From: Blasia pusilla
Taxonomy: Eukaryota
Reading direction: 5' to 3'
Assembly: GCA_050084515.1 (NCBI GenBank)
Contig: CM114271.1
Coordinates: forward strand, 36,766,001 to 36,830,000
Length of the DNA stretch: 64,000 nt
Shown here: piece by piece, positions 27,675-45,419 of the stretch
How the letters are laid out: each line of letters starts with the position of its first letter
How positions within the stretch are numbered: position 1 is the stretch's first letter
Position numbers and translations under genes: made by a program
Notes under the pieces: generated by a model
The model's input: only the letters and a program-made list of their open reading frames with translations
Databases searched by the model: none
Told to the model about the DNA's origin: nothing

Positions 27675-30600
27675 ATAACATATAGCTTTTTTAGCCAGTT
27701 ATGTCTTGACAAGTGTTCTTGATAATTTAGAATTTTTTTTGGGATCAATGAAGTAAGAAATCGTATTTAGATAGATTTTGGTTCAATTAGGGATGTTCAA
27801 TACTAGTAGATAATCCAAGCATCGTACGACTACATATTGGTAAGTTAGATTTTCAGAGTATTTTTCGTGTTTCTTTATGATTTCTTTATGACTTGTGTTT
27901 ATTCTTCTTCTTCATTTTTCTTTTAATTCATTACCATTCTTTCGGAACTATTCTGTATCTCTAGAGAGTAATAAATCCAAGAATAATTGAATTTTAAAAA
28001 ATAATATTTTTATTTTTATTTTCCAATACATAAAACTATGGTTTATTGTTTTTAAAGAAATAGTAGGCATATTTACTATTATTTCTGAAGATCTAAAAAT
28101 TGGAAGACTCCTAGCTTTTCGACATGGGATATGTAGCATGCATTCATTCTATACTATAAAAACTACCATTTTTTTCATTAGAGGAGACTTAAAATTTTCT
28201 AACTAAAATATTCAAACCTCACTATTGTTTGCTTAAGAGGAGAATAATAACTATGAAATACCACAAATAGAAGTTAAAGAAAATTTAGTTACAAATTGCA
28301 AATAGATATTCCATCAAATTTAATTCTCTTAGATTTAATGGGTATGTGTGGATAATTTTATAATCTAATGAAAACAAAAAAAAGGCAAAAAAATCATAAG
28401 TAGTACTAATTATAATATATGTTAATATAAGGATTGGGAAGGAAGTATGAAAAGGTGCTTCATCTTCATGAATAGTGATCAAAATCAAGGTAGTTTGAGT
28501 TTAAGTATACTCCAAAATAGTTTTTGAATATTGAACAAGGTTCTAAGCCTTGGACTTGAGTTGAAAGTCATTATTTTACTCTTGTAAGTGCAAGGCGAGA
28601 TTTATGCTTGAAAAATTAAACTTTCTAGTTGAGAATGCCCTCTCATCATCTCAAATGTTTTCATACTCTATTACTTCATGTTTTATAGTTGAGCTGGAAA
28701 AAACTTCAAGGTGTGAAATTACCACGAAATTCCATGATACTAGTTAAAATGCTTGTGCTTAACACTAGCATCCCATCACTACATGTTGTAGAAAATTATC
28801 CACTTCTCAAAAAATTTACCTATAAAATACTTGTGTTTTTTAAATTAATCCGAACCATATAAAAGTTAATATTCCTCATTATTCCAATACAAGACTTTTA
28901 TTCTTTTAGAATAGTCTTTAAGAAGTAACCATATTCCAATTTTTAAATAGATTAGATTCTTAAGTGTATGTTCCATCATGCATAGCTCCTTGAAACTCAA
29001 TGATTCATTCTATTTCCTTTGCATAAGAGATTATATGACACATCATATTTCAAAAGAGACGCAGTTCTTTAAGAAGCAAATCTATATTATTATGGGAGAA
29101 CACCTTATTGATTTGCACGTAGTTTCACCCCGAAGCACTCTTGACCTTAAGCTTTCCAAGCGAAAGACTTAGATTGAGTCCCAAAGACTCAATTGATTAG
29201 GCGTATTGTTATAGGTTACAAAGAAGCCGCCAAACGCTAATCGTGTCGAGTCTCCCCAAGTGCATAGCATCTCATCAGGAAGCCTCTTACCCTTATATCC
29301 GAGCCTTAACCAATCTCCCCATATTACTCGCATAAATTGGAGCGTGTCAATTGATTCCTTAAAATGCGTCCCTTAGCTCAAACCTAAAACACAACCAAAC
29401 ACGCATCATGATTAGTTTTTGGTTTAAGGGTTTAAGCATGTAAAGAGGGAGAGTGTTCCCACCTATAGATACTTATGGGCTATCTGGCCCTTGATGTTGG
29501 CTTTCAACCCAAATGTGATTAGTGATACACAAACCAAAATTTAACTAGTTATCTATCATGATGGCTTGGTGGAGGTTTCTTACATCTTGTGGAATTATTG
29601 GCTTTCCAAACGCATGTTGGAGCTCAGACCCCCATTTCATGTGTGTCAATGCAAGCGCTCATCTTAATGCCCCGTTTGGCGTCTCATGGTTGTGTTGCCA
29701 CCGTTTACGTTTCATGACTAGCTAGTCTCATGGTATCTCACCCATCTTGATTACTCAGATGTTCCTTGCTTCTCGCCCTTGATTTGGCAGGTGGCTCCAA
29801 GATCTCAAACCTACCTTTCCTTGGCTTTGTCCTTGCAAGTAGATATGCCCCTTTGTCACCTTAGTCTAGTCATAAGACACGTGCGCGTCTCGCCTAGCGT
29901 TAGTCGTGCGGCTAGTTCAGTCGTCCTTCGTAGTCTTGTGACTAACTAGTCTAGGGGTCAACTTTGGTGGGTCACACCAAGGTCTTTCCTCCTTGGACCC
30001 ATGATCACGACTCGCCTCTCGAGTTCCCGCTAGTATGGACATTATAGACTTAGCTATTCACAATGCTTAATAAACTCACATTACACTTTGGCCAAGTTTT
30101 AGAGAGACTATAGTTCCTCCATAAGTTCCATAACGTATCATAACAATTAGATGGAAGATATTTTGATCTTTTAAAACCATCCATCATAAATTTCAATCCC
30201 TTCTCCATTTTCTCTTTAGTCACATACTTCCAATCATCTTTATATTCCTTAATGTCTAATTTTATTGCCATTATTTGTTGTTTTTGTTCTTACATAGTGT
30301 TTGTCTAAATATTTATACCCCTTCACCTTCATATATGGATGTCTCATCCCATTATTTCTCATTTTTCTTATCTTCGTCTATCTATCCTTGAGATCTAATC
30401 AGTTCAATCCATCCATGTATCCATCTCTTCATCTTCTTATATAATTTCTTCCCCACATAAGAAACTATTTTCCATTTGCCATGGTCTTGCACAAGGTTTA
30501 GTACAATAGTTGTGACCAAATATTTTGTATGTTTTTAAAAAATTTACATAATCTTTGGATTTTCAATTGATACATCGGAAAAAACTTACATGTGTCACAT

Positions 30601-31118
30601 CAATGATGGGATGGCCAAAAAAATTTGGGGATAGAAAATTTCAGAAGTTTTGCAAATTTTATTGAATATTTGGTTTATGCAAAATCTTGGTCTTATGGCT
30701 CTAAAGAAGTTAAGAGCCACAAGATTGTGGCATGACGACAACAAGTAGCTGAATTTTGTTGACTCTTGAGAGCTACGAGATAGGGACTACTAGTTCATCA
30801 CTAGAGCAAATTATTGTTGTTTTGAAGTTATCAATGGCTATTTTCTGACATATGCTCTTTTGCAAATGTTTGCAATGGTCAAAGCACAATATAAAAAACA
30901 AGATTTTGGGATTTTTTCCAGAAAATTTTTGGTCTACCGATTTTAGGATTTTTTCAAAAATATATTTAAAATGTGATATCCTAATGTATTTCTCACAAGA
31001 GAGCTCTCTTTGCATGCCGTGAGAGGTAGTTTTTAACTGTCTTTGTGGTCATACTAGGATGAATGCGTGACAATATTGACATGGTGATGGTGATCAATTT
31101 TTTTCCCTCATCGATGTT

Positions 31119-31290
31119 CCCCTTGGCCCGAGAGTCAACGCGGACCAAGATTCCAAGGCCCCTTGGCCGATGATTTGTCCCTCCCGCTCTTCTTCCGGGG
31201 AATGGTCCAGGCTTCCCTTCTTCTCGAGTCTCGGGCGGGCCGAGAGCCCAAGGCCCCTTGGCCCGAGAGTCGACGCGGACCGAGAGTGCT
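31119..31290. repeat. Local GC-rich imperfect direct repeats (CCCCTTGGCCCGAGAGTC(A/G)ACGCGGACC)
   Basis: The unit occurs near 31119-31147 and 31254-31281, with a partial copy near 31159. Confidence 0.7.
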
Positions 31291-31828
31291 CTCATAAGGT
31301 CCTCCGACGTTGAGGGTGATCCCAATATCGAATAACGTGGACACCCATATGTCACTCTTATCCTTGTTTATATCTGGATATGTTGGCTTGTCATCTGATT
31401 TCTTATCTTGCTCATCCAATGGCAAGGGCAGAGCAAGTCATTGGTGCAAATTTGGCATCTCTTGCAACACAGAGACCCCTTTTAAATCCTGGGCTTGTTG
31501 GCTAACAAGATGGACTATCTTCCCTATAACGTTAGTAACATCGCCATAGGGCATACTTTGGTGTAGGAATAAAAGTGATTATTATCTCTACCAAGAATAT
31601 TCCCTAACCTAATTTAAAGATATAAGAAATAGAAAAACATTCCTATGGCGTAACTTGTTAAATTATCTTGTTCTAATGTCTTAAGTATCTCATCCATTAA
31701 CACATATATATGCTCTGGCTTTCATATTGATGTTTGTACTAAGTGAATGGAAACTAATAGTACAACAAAGAGTATTCCATAACCAACTTTGAAGATCAAA
31801 TTCTTATTCTGACTACCTTCATTATCCC

Positions 31829-32517
31829 CAAGATTGCACAAAAATGGGCTCGTCCGCGGACATATCTTGCACATGTTCCAAAAGCGTGCCCCTGTACACC
31901 GGATGGACACACGCTTAAATTTTTTTATTTAAAAATAATCGTTTAAAAAACTCCTTAGACAAGCAGGGTCCTAGCTGCCCAGATGCACCTAGGATATGAG
32001 TTGAAGTTACGAGCAACATGCGGGCCAAGGTTGCACACGGACATGTCCATATCTGTGACTTATGTTCATAACCCGTCATCCATTCTTCCCACATGTTTTG
32101 AAGCCCGCAATGGCCGGCTGTAAGCCAACACTGGCGTGCAATGAGTGCTGGTTAGGTCTTGATCAGGGCTAGGAGAGGGCTTATAGCATGCACACCCATT
32201 CAATCCTTGCCCACCTCCCTTAATCCGAGCTCGCACCTATTCCCGCATCCCAAACCAATGTAGCCACTGGAGTATCAAAATACCTTGGTGGGAGACCATT
32301 GGGCATGTCCTTTTTCGTGCAACCTTGTGGGCCAAGAGGAAGGGAGGGAGGTGATGTGGTGTAGAATCGAGTGCGGGAATGCAAGCGAGGTATGCTTGGG
32401 TGTGGGATACAAGTGGTTGGGCCTAGACAGACTTCTATCCATTTGTAGACATAAGATTGACATAAGTATCCAAACGAACAAGTCCACGGTCATGGAATTT
32501 TTTTTTGTGCAACCTTG
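31829..32517. mobile_element. hAT-like MITE, longer or composite copy
   Basis: TIRs CAAGATTGCACAAAAA...TTTTTGTGCAACCTTG with an extra internal CAAGGTTGCAC near 32026. Flanks ATTATCCC/ATCGCCCC differ only by transitions. Confidence 0.75.
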
Positions 32518-34004
32518 ATCGCCCCTAAATATTCTAACATGTGCATTAAGGATACATCTACCATTTTCTAGATCCAGAAACCCATGTTTGCAGCGAGCAT
32601 ATTAATTTCCCTTCAAATGTACGGACGGATTTTTTTCTTTTTTCAGGAATGATAAAACCCTAAAAAATCCTTAGTTGATAACCCTCCCTTGTTTGAAACC
32701 CCCAACATACCCTCTCCCCATCTATTCGCACTTGGTGCAAAGATCTATTGATACCTCCTTCCATGATCCATCACTTCATTGATTCTGAGCCATTTATATC
32801 TCAATTTTTATTTTCTTTTACCACTTATTAATGTGTAGCCAAACTTTCCTTCATTCGTCACTTCTCATCATGATGTTTTCCAAGCTTAGAGACTAAATTT
32901 CAAGACTTTAATTTGAAAACTAATTGAAGGAATTCCAATGTATATCTCTTTCTTGAAATAAAATAATTCAATCTATAAGATTATTTAAAGAGATTAAAAT
33001 AGTTTCTTGTTATTTTATACTTAATTTGGATGGTTGAATTTAGTTTTTTTTATTATCTCACATTAATTTTGATGGATAAGATATTCAAGAATATTTTTGA
33101 TAATAATAATTAATTATAATAAAACAATCATATTGATTCTCAAATTAAAATTAAATGAAGAAATTAATCAAATCGAAAGGAATTCAATTTTCCTTTTTAC
33201 ATCCATGGGCTATCTTCCTAATTTATTGACATTATCTTTATAAAATGAAGAACTTAAAATATCTAACATTGGTTTAAGAAGGAGACTCCTCTTCAATTCA
33301 TTCTTTCTTTGGTATGCTATGATTTATGGTTTCTATTCATTCATTTCTTCCTTGATTTTTGTTGGGAAATAGTTTGATATTTTTGAACTATTTAGTTTAG
33401 AACTTCTATTTTGATTAGAAATTTCCTTAAATTGCTATAAACTATTGGTTTAGTTTCGTAACATTACAAATAAAAAGTATCATGACTAAGTAATGACCAT
33501 GTTACCATGTTGCATCGTCCACGGCAAAAAAAATATAGAAATTTAATTTTTACTTTTGGTGAATTATGCAGAGAATATGATAGTTCTCAGTAAATCCATG
33601 TCTATTCTCTCTCTCTCAGTGGCATGGTTGGGTTTAAACCCCAAAACTACAAGTCCCGACAAGCCTGGTATGTTGGGACGACATATTCTAAAGCAGTGCT
33701 CCTGGGTAGCTTATAATGAGTGAACCGCGTGCAAGCAATATAGCAATACTCTTTGTCGAGTTGCCCATTGCTGTAGTTGGAACCTGTAGTGAGCTTGCGA
33801 TGTCGTTCCCCTGGTTGGTAGGTGTGGATTAGTGTGTCCTGTAATCCATGTGACTTGTGACAGCTTGTGAGGACCCTTCTTTGGAGCTCTTCTTACTTAT
33901 GGACCGGGGTCGTTTATGCACGATGACTCTTACAACATCACAAGAATTATGTAACAATGAAGATTTTAAAATTTGAAAAATGAGGGCCGCATTCTATCTT
34001 AGTA

Positions 34005-34032
34005 CCCGTGCATTGCACCAGCACCTCACTAG
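34005..34032 (+). mobile_element. Probable Helitron 3' terminus
   Basis: CCCGTGCATTGCACCA hairpin followed about 10 nt later by CTAG and then T, the canonical Helitron 3' signature. The 5' end was not located. Confidence 0.5.
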
Positions 34033-35563
34033 TATTATGTAATTTCTTTTATTATTGATTGAAAAGCATTAACATTCCTTCGTTGAAGAAATGTGTACGA
34101 GTCAATGCCAACGCAAATAGGAGGATTCGGTCTCCGGAGCGCAATAACCGGCATCAAGCCATAGGGCTTCGCTGTGCGTGAACCTGAAGGCGGACGGAGT
34201 GCTACAACGGTGAGCGAATGGAATATGACAACGCCGGTTGTTGACCACGGAGCTGATTCACTGTGGCTACCTGTGTGAGACCGAATATAGGCGAGGTGGA
34301 CATGACGGTCGGCGCGATTCCCTTATTCGTCCCCTCAAGGAGACCAGGGGCGGAGGGAGGAATTGTGTAGGCTACGGTAGTACGGTTGGGTTCGAACTTC
34401 AGCTTGAATTCTCCGCAACAGGAAACGTCTTCCGCCTCCGGGTCGTCTCCAGCGCGTTTGTTTGGATGTCTAGGACTCTAGGGGCCCGTCGGGTTTGCGA
34501 GACAAGAGGAGGAGGAGGAGGAGGAGGAGGCGCTGAAACTGCGAACAAGCGGAAGTGGACTTACTGGGCGATAGCGAGATTGCCCAGTTAGCGGCGATGC
34601 GTGAGACGGTGAGAATCGCCGGGCCAGCCAGCGACCGCCAGCAATCGGGTAAAAGATCTGCGACGCGATAAAGCGCTGAAACGGATGATTTGTTGTGTTG
34701 TGGGTGGTAAAAAAGGCAAGGGCCCGAATTGGAACCGGAGTGCTATTGGATTCGGGGAGCTAGGATAGGAGGACGTGTTAGTTTATTTACAAAGGATGCC
34801 AGGAATTGTCATGTGGACGCTTGTCTGAGGTACACTCGCCTTGAATGGGGCTTCTGTCCCCCGTGAATGGGGGTTTTGGCCTCGCCGGCGGAGGACTCTA
34901 CGTTGCCGACTGAATGCCGAGTCCGCTCAGTTGTGTTTCTGCTGGGCTCTGCCCGGCCCGGCTTCCGTACTACGGATGTTGGAGTGGAGGGGCTTGCATG
35001 GTCATCTGGTATGGCGATGCATGGCCAAGCGTGATCGGGACCACATCTGGCTACATAATAGTCGGTCCGGCCCCTCTCATACATCCGCTTACGGCTTGGC
35101 TTGGCTTGTCCACCGTTGTCCCGCCTCGGCGTATCAGCACCACCGACACCATCGTCGCTCTTCCGCGCTCGCCTGTGTTGCGCCTGCTGCTGTTACGTAT
35201 TCCTCCTGCCGAGACCGCCGTTTTTCGGCGACTCGTCCTGCCACCGCCCTGCGCTTGCCTTCCTCTTCCCAGCGATTCTCGCGCGGTCGTCTGCTCAGGA
35301 GGCGAGTCGAGATCGTGTTGCGACTCGAGGGAAATCTCCTCGGTCGGGCGACTGGGAATTTGCTACGTTCTTTGTCGGGGGAATCCAAATTCGGAGAAGC
35401 ACGGTTTCTGAGCTAAGTGGAGCCGACCGAGTGTGGATAAACCTCTAATTCTTGGGCAGCGCCCGTCTAGTCGCTCATCCTACGACGCAGGAATTCGTTT
35501 CTCTCTGCTCAATATACTACTCTAAAGCTGGGGAACGAGGGTCTCCCACTGAGAGAGGAAGCG

Positions 35564-38756
<3,193 letters not shown>

Positions 38757-40012
38757 GTTAGCTGGCAAAGACAGATGTCCTGTTGGGGGCATGAAACACT
38801 TGCTACGATTATCCAGAATCAGTTGTAAAGAAATATTTTCTCTTCGATAGACTGCACTGGCCCGAAAATCAGCTTTACCATCCAGTGCTCTCCCATGTCT
38901 TGTCAACGACATAACGGTAGTGAAGGGGCGCTGTCTCTGGACTCGGACTTCAGCCGGCCACTCACTCAAGTGGTCTTTTTCACTCTCTTCAGTGCTCAGG
39001 ACACGTGCAACATTCGTAATAGAGGACTTCTTAAAAAGTATACAGCGCAACATCTAAAATTTTGTCATCGGCCTCGGCCCTCTCCACCTCGAGGAGTGGC
39101 GGTAGGTAGAAAATTGGCACGAATATCCGTAGGGTTAGCGGAAGTAGCGGCAGCCGGAAAGATTTACAAGATTTACAATTTTCTCTCAAGAAATTTGTCC
39201 CATGTTTTGCTAAATACTTATGTATTATTAACGGAATACTTAAGCGAGAACTTGTGTCTCGATGTCCACGACCATTTTCTGTTTTTCGTGTCCGGTCCAA
39301 AGGAAATTTTCTCGTTCTTCCATCCTCTCTTTCTCAATGTGTAAGCTGAGGCATGTCGTAACGAGGGTTGATGCTCCGTAAATTTTGAACATCTTCACAT
39401 CGAGAGTTTCTCTCGCCAATTTCCCTTATGCCACCTGGACGTCAAGCGAATTATCTCGGCCTGGAGCTAACCGAGAGGATAAAGGAAACCGAGACCGAGA
39501 CCCGGCAGAGGAAACCTCCAATTTCAATGATCTGTCTTTTTGGGCTGTCGACATATGTCCTATTGATCCAGCACCTTCCTGCGAAAGTATGGCGATGCTT
39601 CGTGAGTGAAAATGATGAAAGGGAATGGGAAAACACAAAACTTTAGCAAGCTCCGCTAGAAAGCATATCAAGAGGCGTGTTAGAAGATGGAGCAAATAGA
39701 ATCCGAACAGGTGGTTTTAGACTCCGAACCCTATACCGCACACCTAATAGAAATGATTTGGTTTGGAGAAATGTAATTGATATTAAAATCGGAGTGTCCC
39801 TCTCTAGACACTTGGCACTTTCAATCGATAAAATCCTCTGAACCAATAGGATGACACAAAATGATACTTCTAAAGTTTGAAAGGTAATTACGGAAGGGAA
39901 TCTGAACACTAGTTTTTGCGTAGGATAACGTGAAATTTTCATCATCAGCCGCATCCAAACTACCATCCCTAGCCACGGCTAACTACAACGGCGAGAAAAG
40001 ATATGTCAAAGC

Positions 40013-40133
40013 ATAGCAGCGAAAAAAATATGCTTGCCAGCTCCTTCAGCCCGCGAGTGTCAATCTGGAAAGATATATCACAGCAGAGCAGCGAAAAAAT
40101 GCTTGCCACCTCCGTCAGCTGACGAGTGTCAAT
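40013..40133. repeat. About 50-bp imperfect direct duplication
   Basis: AGCAGCGAAAAAA...TGCTTGCCA...GAGTGTCAAT occurs twice about 70 bp apart. Confidence 0.7.
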
Positions 40134-42225
40134 ACAGATTGCGGTCTTGCAAGGCCGTTACGAAAAACGGACGTGATTGAAGGTCGCCATGAGAACGCAG
40201 GAATGGATAGATGGAACTGTCATCCATCCATAGATGGGACCCGCGGCCTGGGACTGACAAAAGCGAAGGTGCCGCTTACTCTTTCGACTCCTTCTTAGAC
40301 CTCACTAACTTCAGATGAACACACGTGTTCTAAACGGGTCTAGCCAGCTGGTATTCTTGCCAGCTGTTCGCCCTTCAGGTAAAGCGTTACTCGTGTTTGC
40401 GAAGAACTCAGTAGGGAGTTGCAGTCCACTATTAATACCGATCTGTATACTATTAATATGATTTGGCTTCTTCGCTAAACCTAATTTTGTCGAGAGAATG
40501 ATATGTGTCATTATCTATTAGAATGGCTCGAGTTTGTCCCGAGGATGTGACGTGACAGTGAGTTGAATAAAATAATATTGCACCTACTGATACTTATGTT
40601 ATCAAAGTTTTAATTATGTACTCACAATTTTATGGAAATAAGAATTACCAACTTATTTTATTCTTAGAAACTCAGTATGCATGTTAAAATAAAAATCCTT
40701 TCCTTTTAAACTAGTGTGAATCCATCTAAATAAGGGATACCCTCACACAGTAGAAATGTACGACATACTTCATCTACTCTTCAAGAGTTAGCTCTTGGAG
40801 AAACAAATTGTTTTAGAGGGCCCATGGGGAACTAAAGGAATGTGGGAGCTCATAAGTTTCCCCATTGCATCGGCAATCCTTGGAAGGTCAGAGTTTGTAC
40901 GGACATCATATCTGCTAGATATGTTCTACTATTGAGAATAGGGGTACCATGGTAGACAAAATGACAATAGTCTCAAGATTGAGTGCACAATCATGGTGAC
41001 TTATATTTCATTCCCCCAACCTTTGTGTGTGGTCTCCCAATGACAACTTCCCTAGCGAGGTTATCCCAAAATTAGGTGTTGGCATTCATCTAAATGACTC
41101 TTTGCACATCCCACATCATCAACTTCTACCTTATCATCAAATCCGCTAATATCTTGTCTTGACCCGAATATTGGTTTTGCTATCAAAATAAGAGATAAAA
41201 GAACGTTTTGGACATCCTTTGAAATCCACGTGATGTCATTCATGTCAGGGTGAGACTTTAGGAATATAGCAATCCATAAAATATACTCATATACTATGTA
41301 TAGAACATACTAGACTGTAATAGGTACTTCCCTTTACAAATGGAGCAACCAATTCCTTTGCCATATTATAAAAGATGGTGGAAGAACCCTCTTTAGTTGG
41401 ATTACTACCATCGCTATCTCCTCCTCCTCCACCATAATCCTAAATCCTTTCATACATGTCTCCTTGGTACATATCCATATTCACAATAGAAGAAGACGTT
41501 CATAAAAAAATTTCCAAGTAGTAAGGGAGAATTTGACAACTTCTAACATCTATCTATAAAATAAGGTTAGGACCTAAAAAAAAAACCAATAAATTGTATA
41601 TCGCCTCTCTCTAGCCCGCTAACCCCAACCCATCTATAGGCATTGAAATTAGATCGCGAATCAAGTTGTGGAGGTCTTCAGTCTTTTGACCCTTACCCCA
41701 ACTTGGAAAACTGTCATCAAAAAATGTGTTATGTAAGTTTCTTATCAACATTTGTGCCAATGAGAGTCGTGCACGCAATAGACATCTCTCCCCTCGAGTA
41801 AGTAATGTGATAATCTCATTAGAGCATAAAGAAGAAGTTATGAAGAGAGTACAAAATTATTTTGGTTTTAAAGAAGAACTTAGCAATTTAAGTATTGAAG
41901 AAAACATTATGAAGAACTAAAATGAGAAGAAGCAGGAATTACTTCAATACGAAAAGAGTTGTAAGAGAAGATATTCGAAAATGGCATATGGGAGATAAAC
42001 AAGTCATGAAGAATTATGGGGGACACATAGGCTTTAAGAGATATAGCCTCCAAAAGAGCTCTTCAACGATTGTATGAGTGACAAAATCACATGATAGAAC
42101 TGTTGTAAGAGAGAGGAAGAAGTGCACTTTATTCAAAATTCATGAATGTTTTAGGGAAGAGAGACGGCAACAAGGTTAGTATTGAGAAAGATCTATTTGC
42201 CCAAGCACTCGAGCGTCATTGAAAT

Positions 42226-44571
42226 TGTAAAATTTCTTAGAATAGATCGACAAGCTTGTAGTAGATAACCTTGGAGGAAATTTGAGGACAACCTTAGGAC
42301 GTCAATAGTGATATGTTAAGGCCATGGATAACATGAGAGAGCAAGTTTCCCCTTTGTTTGAGCTCATTCGGGAAATATATAGAGCATTTTACTATTTTGG
42401 ATAAGTTATCGTTCTGAGTAGAGTTGACTTGCACTTTGGGAAGTGATCCTTGATCCCCTAAAGTACGTCAAGTTCCAAGGAGGTGATCTACGAGCATAGG
42501 TTACCATGGAGAGAGCTTGGGAGAGTGAAGGGGATATACCCAAGGAGAGAGATCTTTAAAGTTCATTCTCTCTCTTTTGAACCTCTTCGTACGAGATGGT
42601 GGATCCTCCTTGCCTTATGAGGAACCCAAGCCTCTCATTATGAGAGTGGTTTTGGTTTAACGAGATATATATATGCAAATCGTAGAGACATTTGAGAAAT
42701 TCTAATTACAATGAGAGAATAATAGATTGAGAGCTCTACAATACGGGAGCTCACAGGTATCTCCTTGTGTTTGCAAGTTTGAGACCTTTTCCTTTGTTCA
42801 ATGCCTCACAAGAGTGTTCACGGGAGCAGGAGCCATCCATTTGAGTGCTTTGTGTTGCAATTTTTCGGATAGGAAAATGGTGCGCGGAAGCGCTGTCCAA
42901 TTTTTGCTAGGAGTTGAGTATGAGGTTGGTATTCCCCATGTTGATGCTCTCGAGAGCACCTTGTAGCTTCCTTGATTTGGTTGGTACAAGTTGGCGATTT
43001 TTTTCAGAAATACTGCCAAATTTTGCGTAAGAGTGGAGTTCGCGACTCGATAGTCGCTACCATTTCAGATGGAAGGTTGAATGAAGAAAAAAGAGTTAAG
43101 AAAGGCAAAGATCAATAAGTTGTACACATTGTCAAAGAAACCGTGGACAAGTTCAACATTTAAGCACAAAGCTGTGACTATTTTCGTGGGGTTGCCACAG
43201 CCACCGTGTGAGGAAGAAGCAATCTGGAAATTTTTTGGTTAATTCTTTATGTAAGAAGTAGAAAAGTAAAATATTTTTTTTACCCTTGCGCAAAATCAAG
43301 GTCCTCTCCTCCATTTAGCAGTCATATATCGAGAGGAGTTGGCACCGCCCATGGGGAGTTTCTGCGCTTAGTTTTGATGCCTATAGGGATTGTTGCTGCC
43401 ATGGTCGCTGAAACCTACGTGTCTCCAGCCGTCCAACTCCTTCCGGAAAGTGAAGCCCACCAAAAGCGCCTTACCTCTTACATCCGGATTGCGTGGTGAT
43501 ATGATGATCCGTTTTGTCCATCCGCCACTAGCGGTCTGTCTGCTCGCGTCAACTAGTCTTAACGATCTAACCGAGCCCGGCTTGTGGCTCAGTTCAGCGC
43601 CTATGCACGAACCAACCACTGTACGTACCGAGCCATCAACATTTCCATTCATTGCCATCACCATTGCCGTTATTAATTGATGGTCGATGGTTGATTTCTT
43701 GATTTGGACGCTATCGTTCCTTTGCAACCGTTAGTGTTGGTATCGGCCCAGGGTTGACTAGTGATATTAGAGGATAGGTCCACCGATGGGGTCGAGTTAA
43801 GGGCTATAGTCTGAGATGTCTTGTGATTGGTAGCCCCCTCATAATGATCGAGTATCGTGCCATGACGCCCATAGCCAAAACGCGTCGTGTTGCTCGTGGT
43901 TGCATCATACCGTCTCAATCACGAAGCCGTACCATCTCTTGGGAGCAAAGTGTGTATCTCTAATGGCAATGGGGATGTCGTTGAATATCGCATTTCATCA
44001 CTGAGTGTCATGCATTTGTAGCCATTCAGGGCCGCTAGCGCCTCACCATATCACAGTACTTGCACCACACATCGAGGAGGTTTAAGCAAGGTCATCACAA
44101 GAGAGTACGACTTACTGACTTTAGGAACGACCAAGTTGGGGTTGAGGTTTGCATTTGTTGAGGAGGAGTGACACTGACATCGGTTTTCGGTTACTCATTT
44201 TAATCTTTTGTCTTGCACGTAAGAGGGGTTTCTCGATATTGGGTCGTTATTTGGGATATTGAGGTTTATCCAGATGTAGAGAGCATCATTGATGTATGTG
44301 GTTAGGGGACATAGATTTGATGGGGATGTCCAAGGTTGTATATATATTATGTCGATGAGATAATAGGAAAACAGTCAATTTTCTACACCACGCCGCTTAT
44401 TGCCGCACATTACACGTCTCATTGAGAGTGAGTGTTGCTATTTAGATTGAGTGATTGAGAGATTACTTGCAAGATTAAGATTGATTGTGTGAGAGGAGCA
44501 TAAGGATCATCAAGACGTCCTTTCAAGACTTTGAGAGTCGAGGTGGTGTGCTCAAGAGTAGCTCTAAAGCG
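42226..44571 (+). mobile_element. 5' part (long LTR-like region and leader up to gag) of a Ty3/gypsy copy that is interrupted at 44571
   Basis: Begins with TG. Homologous to the reverse complement of 52920-54775. Its end (GTAGCTCTAAAG) matches 2035-2046 just before gag and continues at 54788. Confidence 0.75.
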
Positions 44572-44617
44572 TGTCGTGCGCATACACATCGCTACACAAC
44601 ATACATCGTTGTCATCG

Positions 44618-45123
<506 letters not shown>

Positions 45124-45182
45124 GTCACCTTCTTGTCATCTATGTCACAAACACAACTCGGAATGTAGAACTACCTACTCTA

Positions 45183-45320
45183 TGTACATCTGGGACACAT
45201 CCATTGTCCTTGAGGAACCCTAGTGAGAGGTGGCGTCAAACATACCATATGCCATCCTCTCAAACATCCATCACAGACTACCATAGTGGCTGCACCATGG
45301 GCGGAACCACACAACATACA
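45183..45320 (-). pseudogene. PHD finger at the integrase C-terminus
   Basis: CMLC...CDGC...WHMVC...PPL..VP.G.WMCPRC is a complete C4HC3 PHD pattern. Confidence 0.92.
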
Positions 45321-45419
45321 CCGCAAGCCTGCAAGAACTATTGCTAAGCTCGGATCAACTATATCGTCAATGTTTGAAAGATGACGTGACGCACATGGTC
45401 CTTCCAAACCATACTATCG

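Noticed and set aside
31119-31290. Spaced repeats as a CRISPR-like array
   Set aside because: Only 2-3 irregular units, a eukaryotic context and no cas genes.
34841-35448. Overlapping 115-191 aa ORFs upstream of ACL5, possible uORFs
   Set aside because: GC-rich sequence with few stops and no recognisable domain. The transcription start is unknown and the proximal leader has no ATG, so I cannot support a uORF call.
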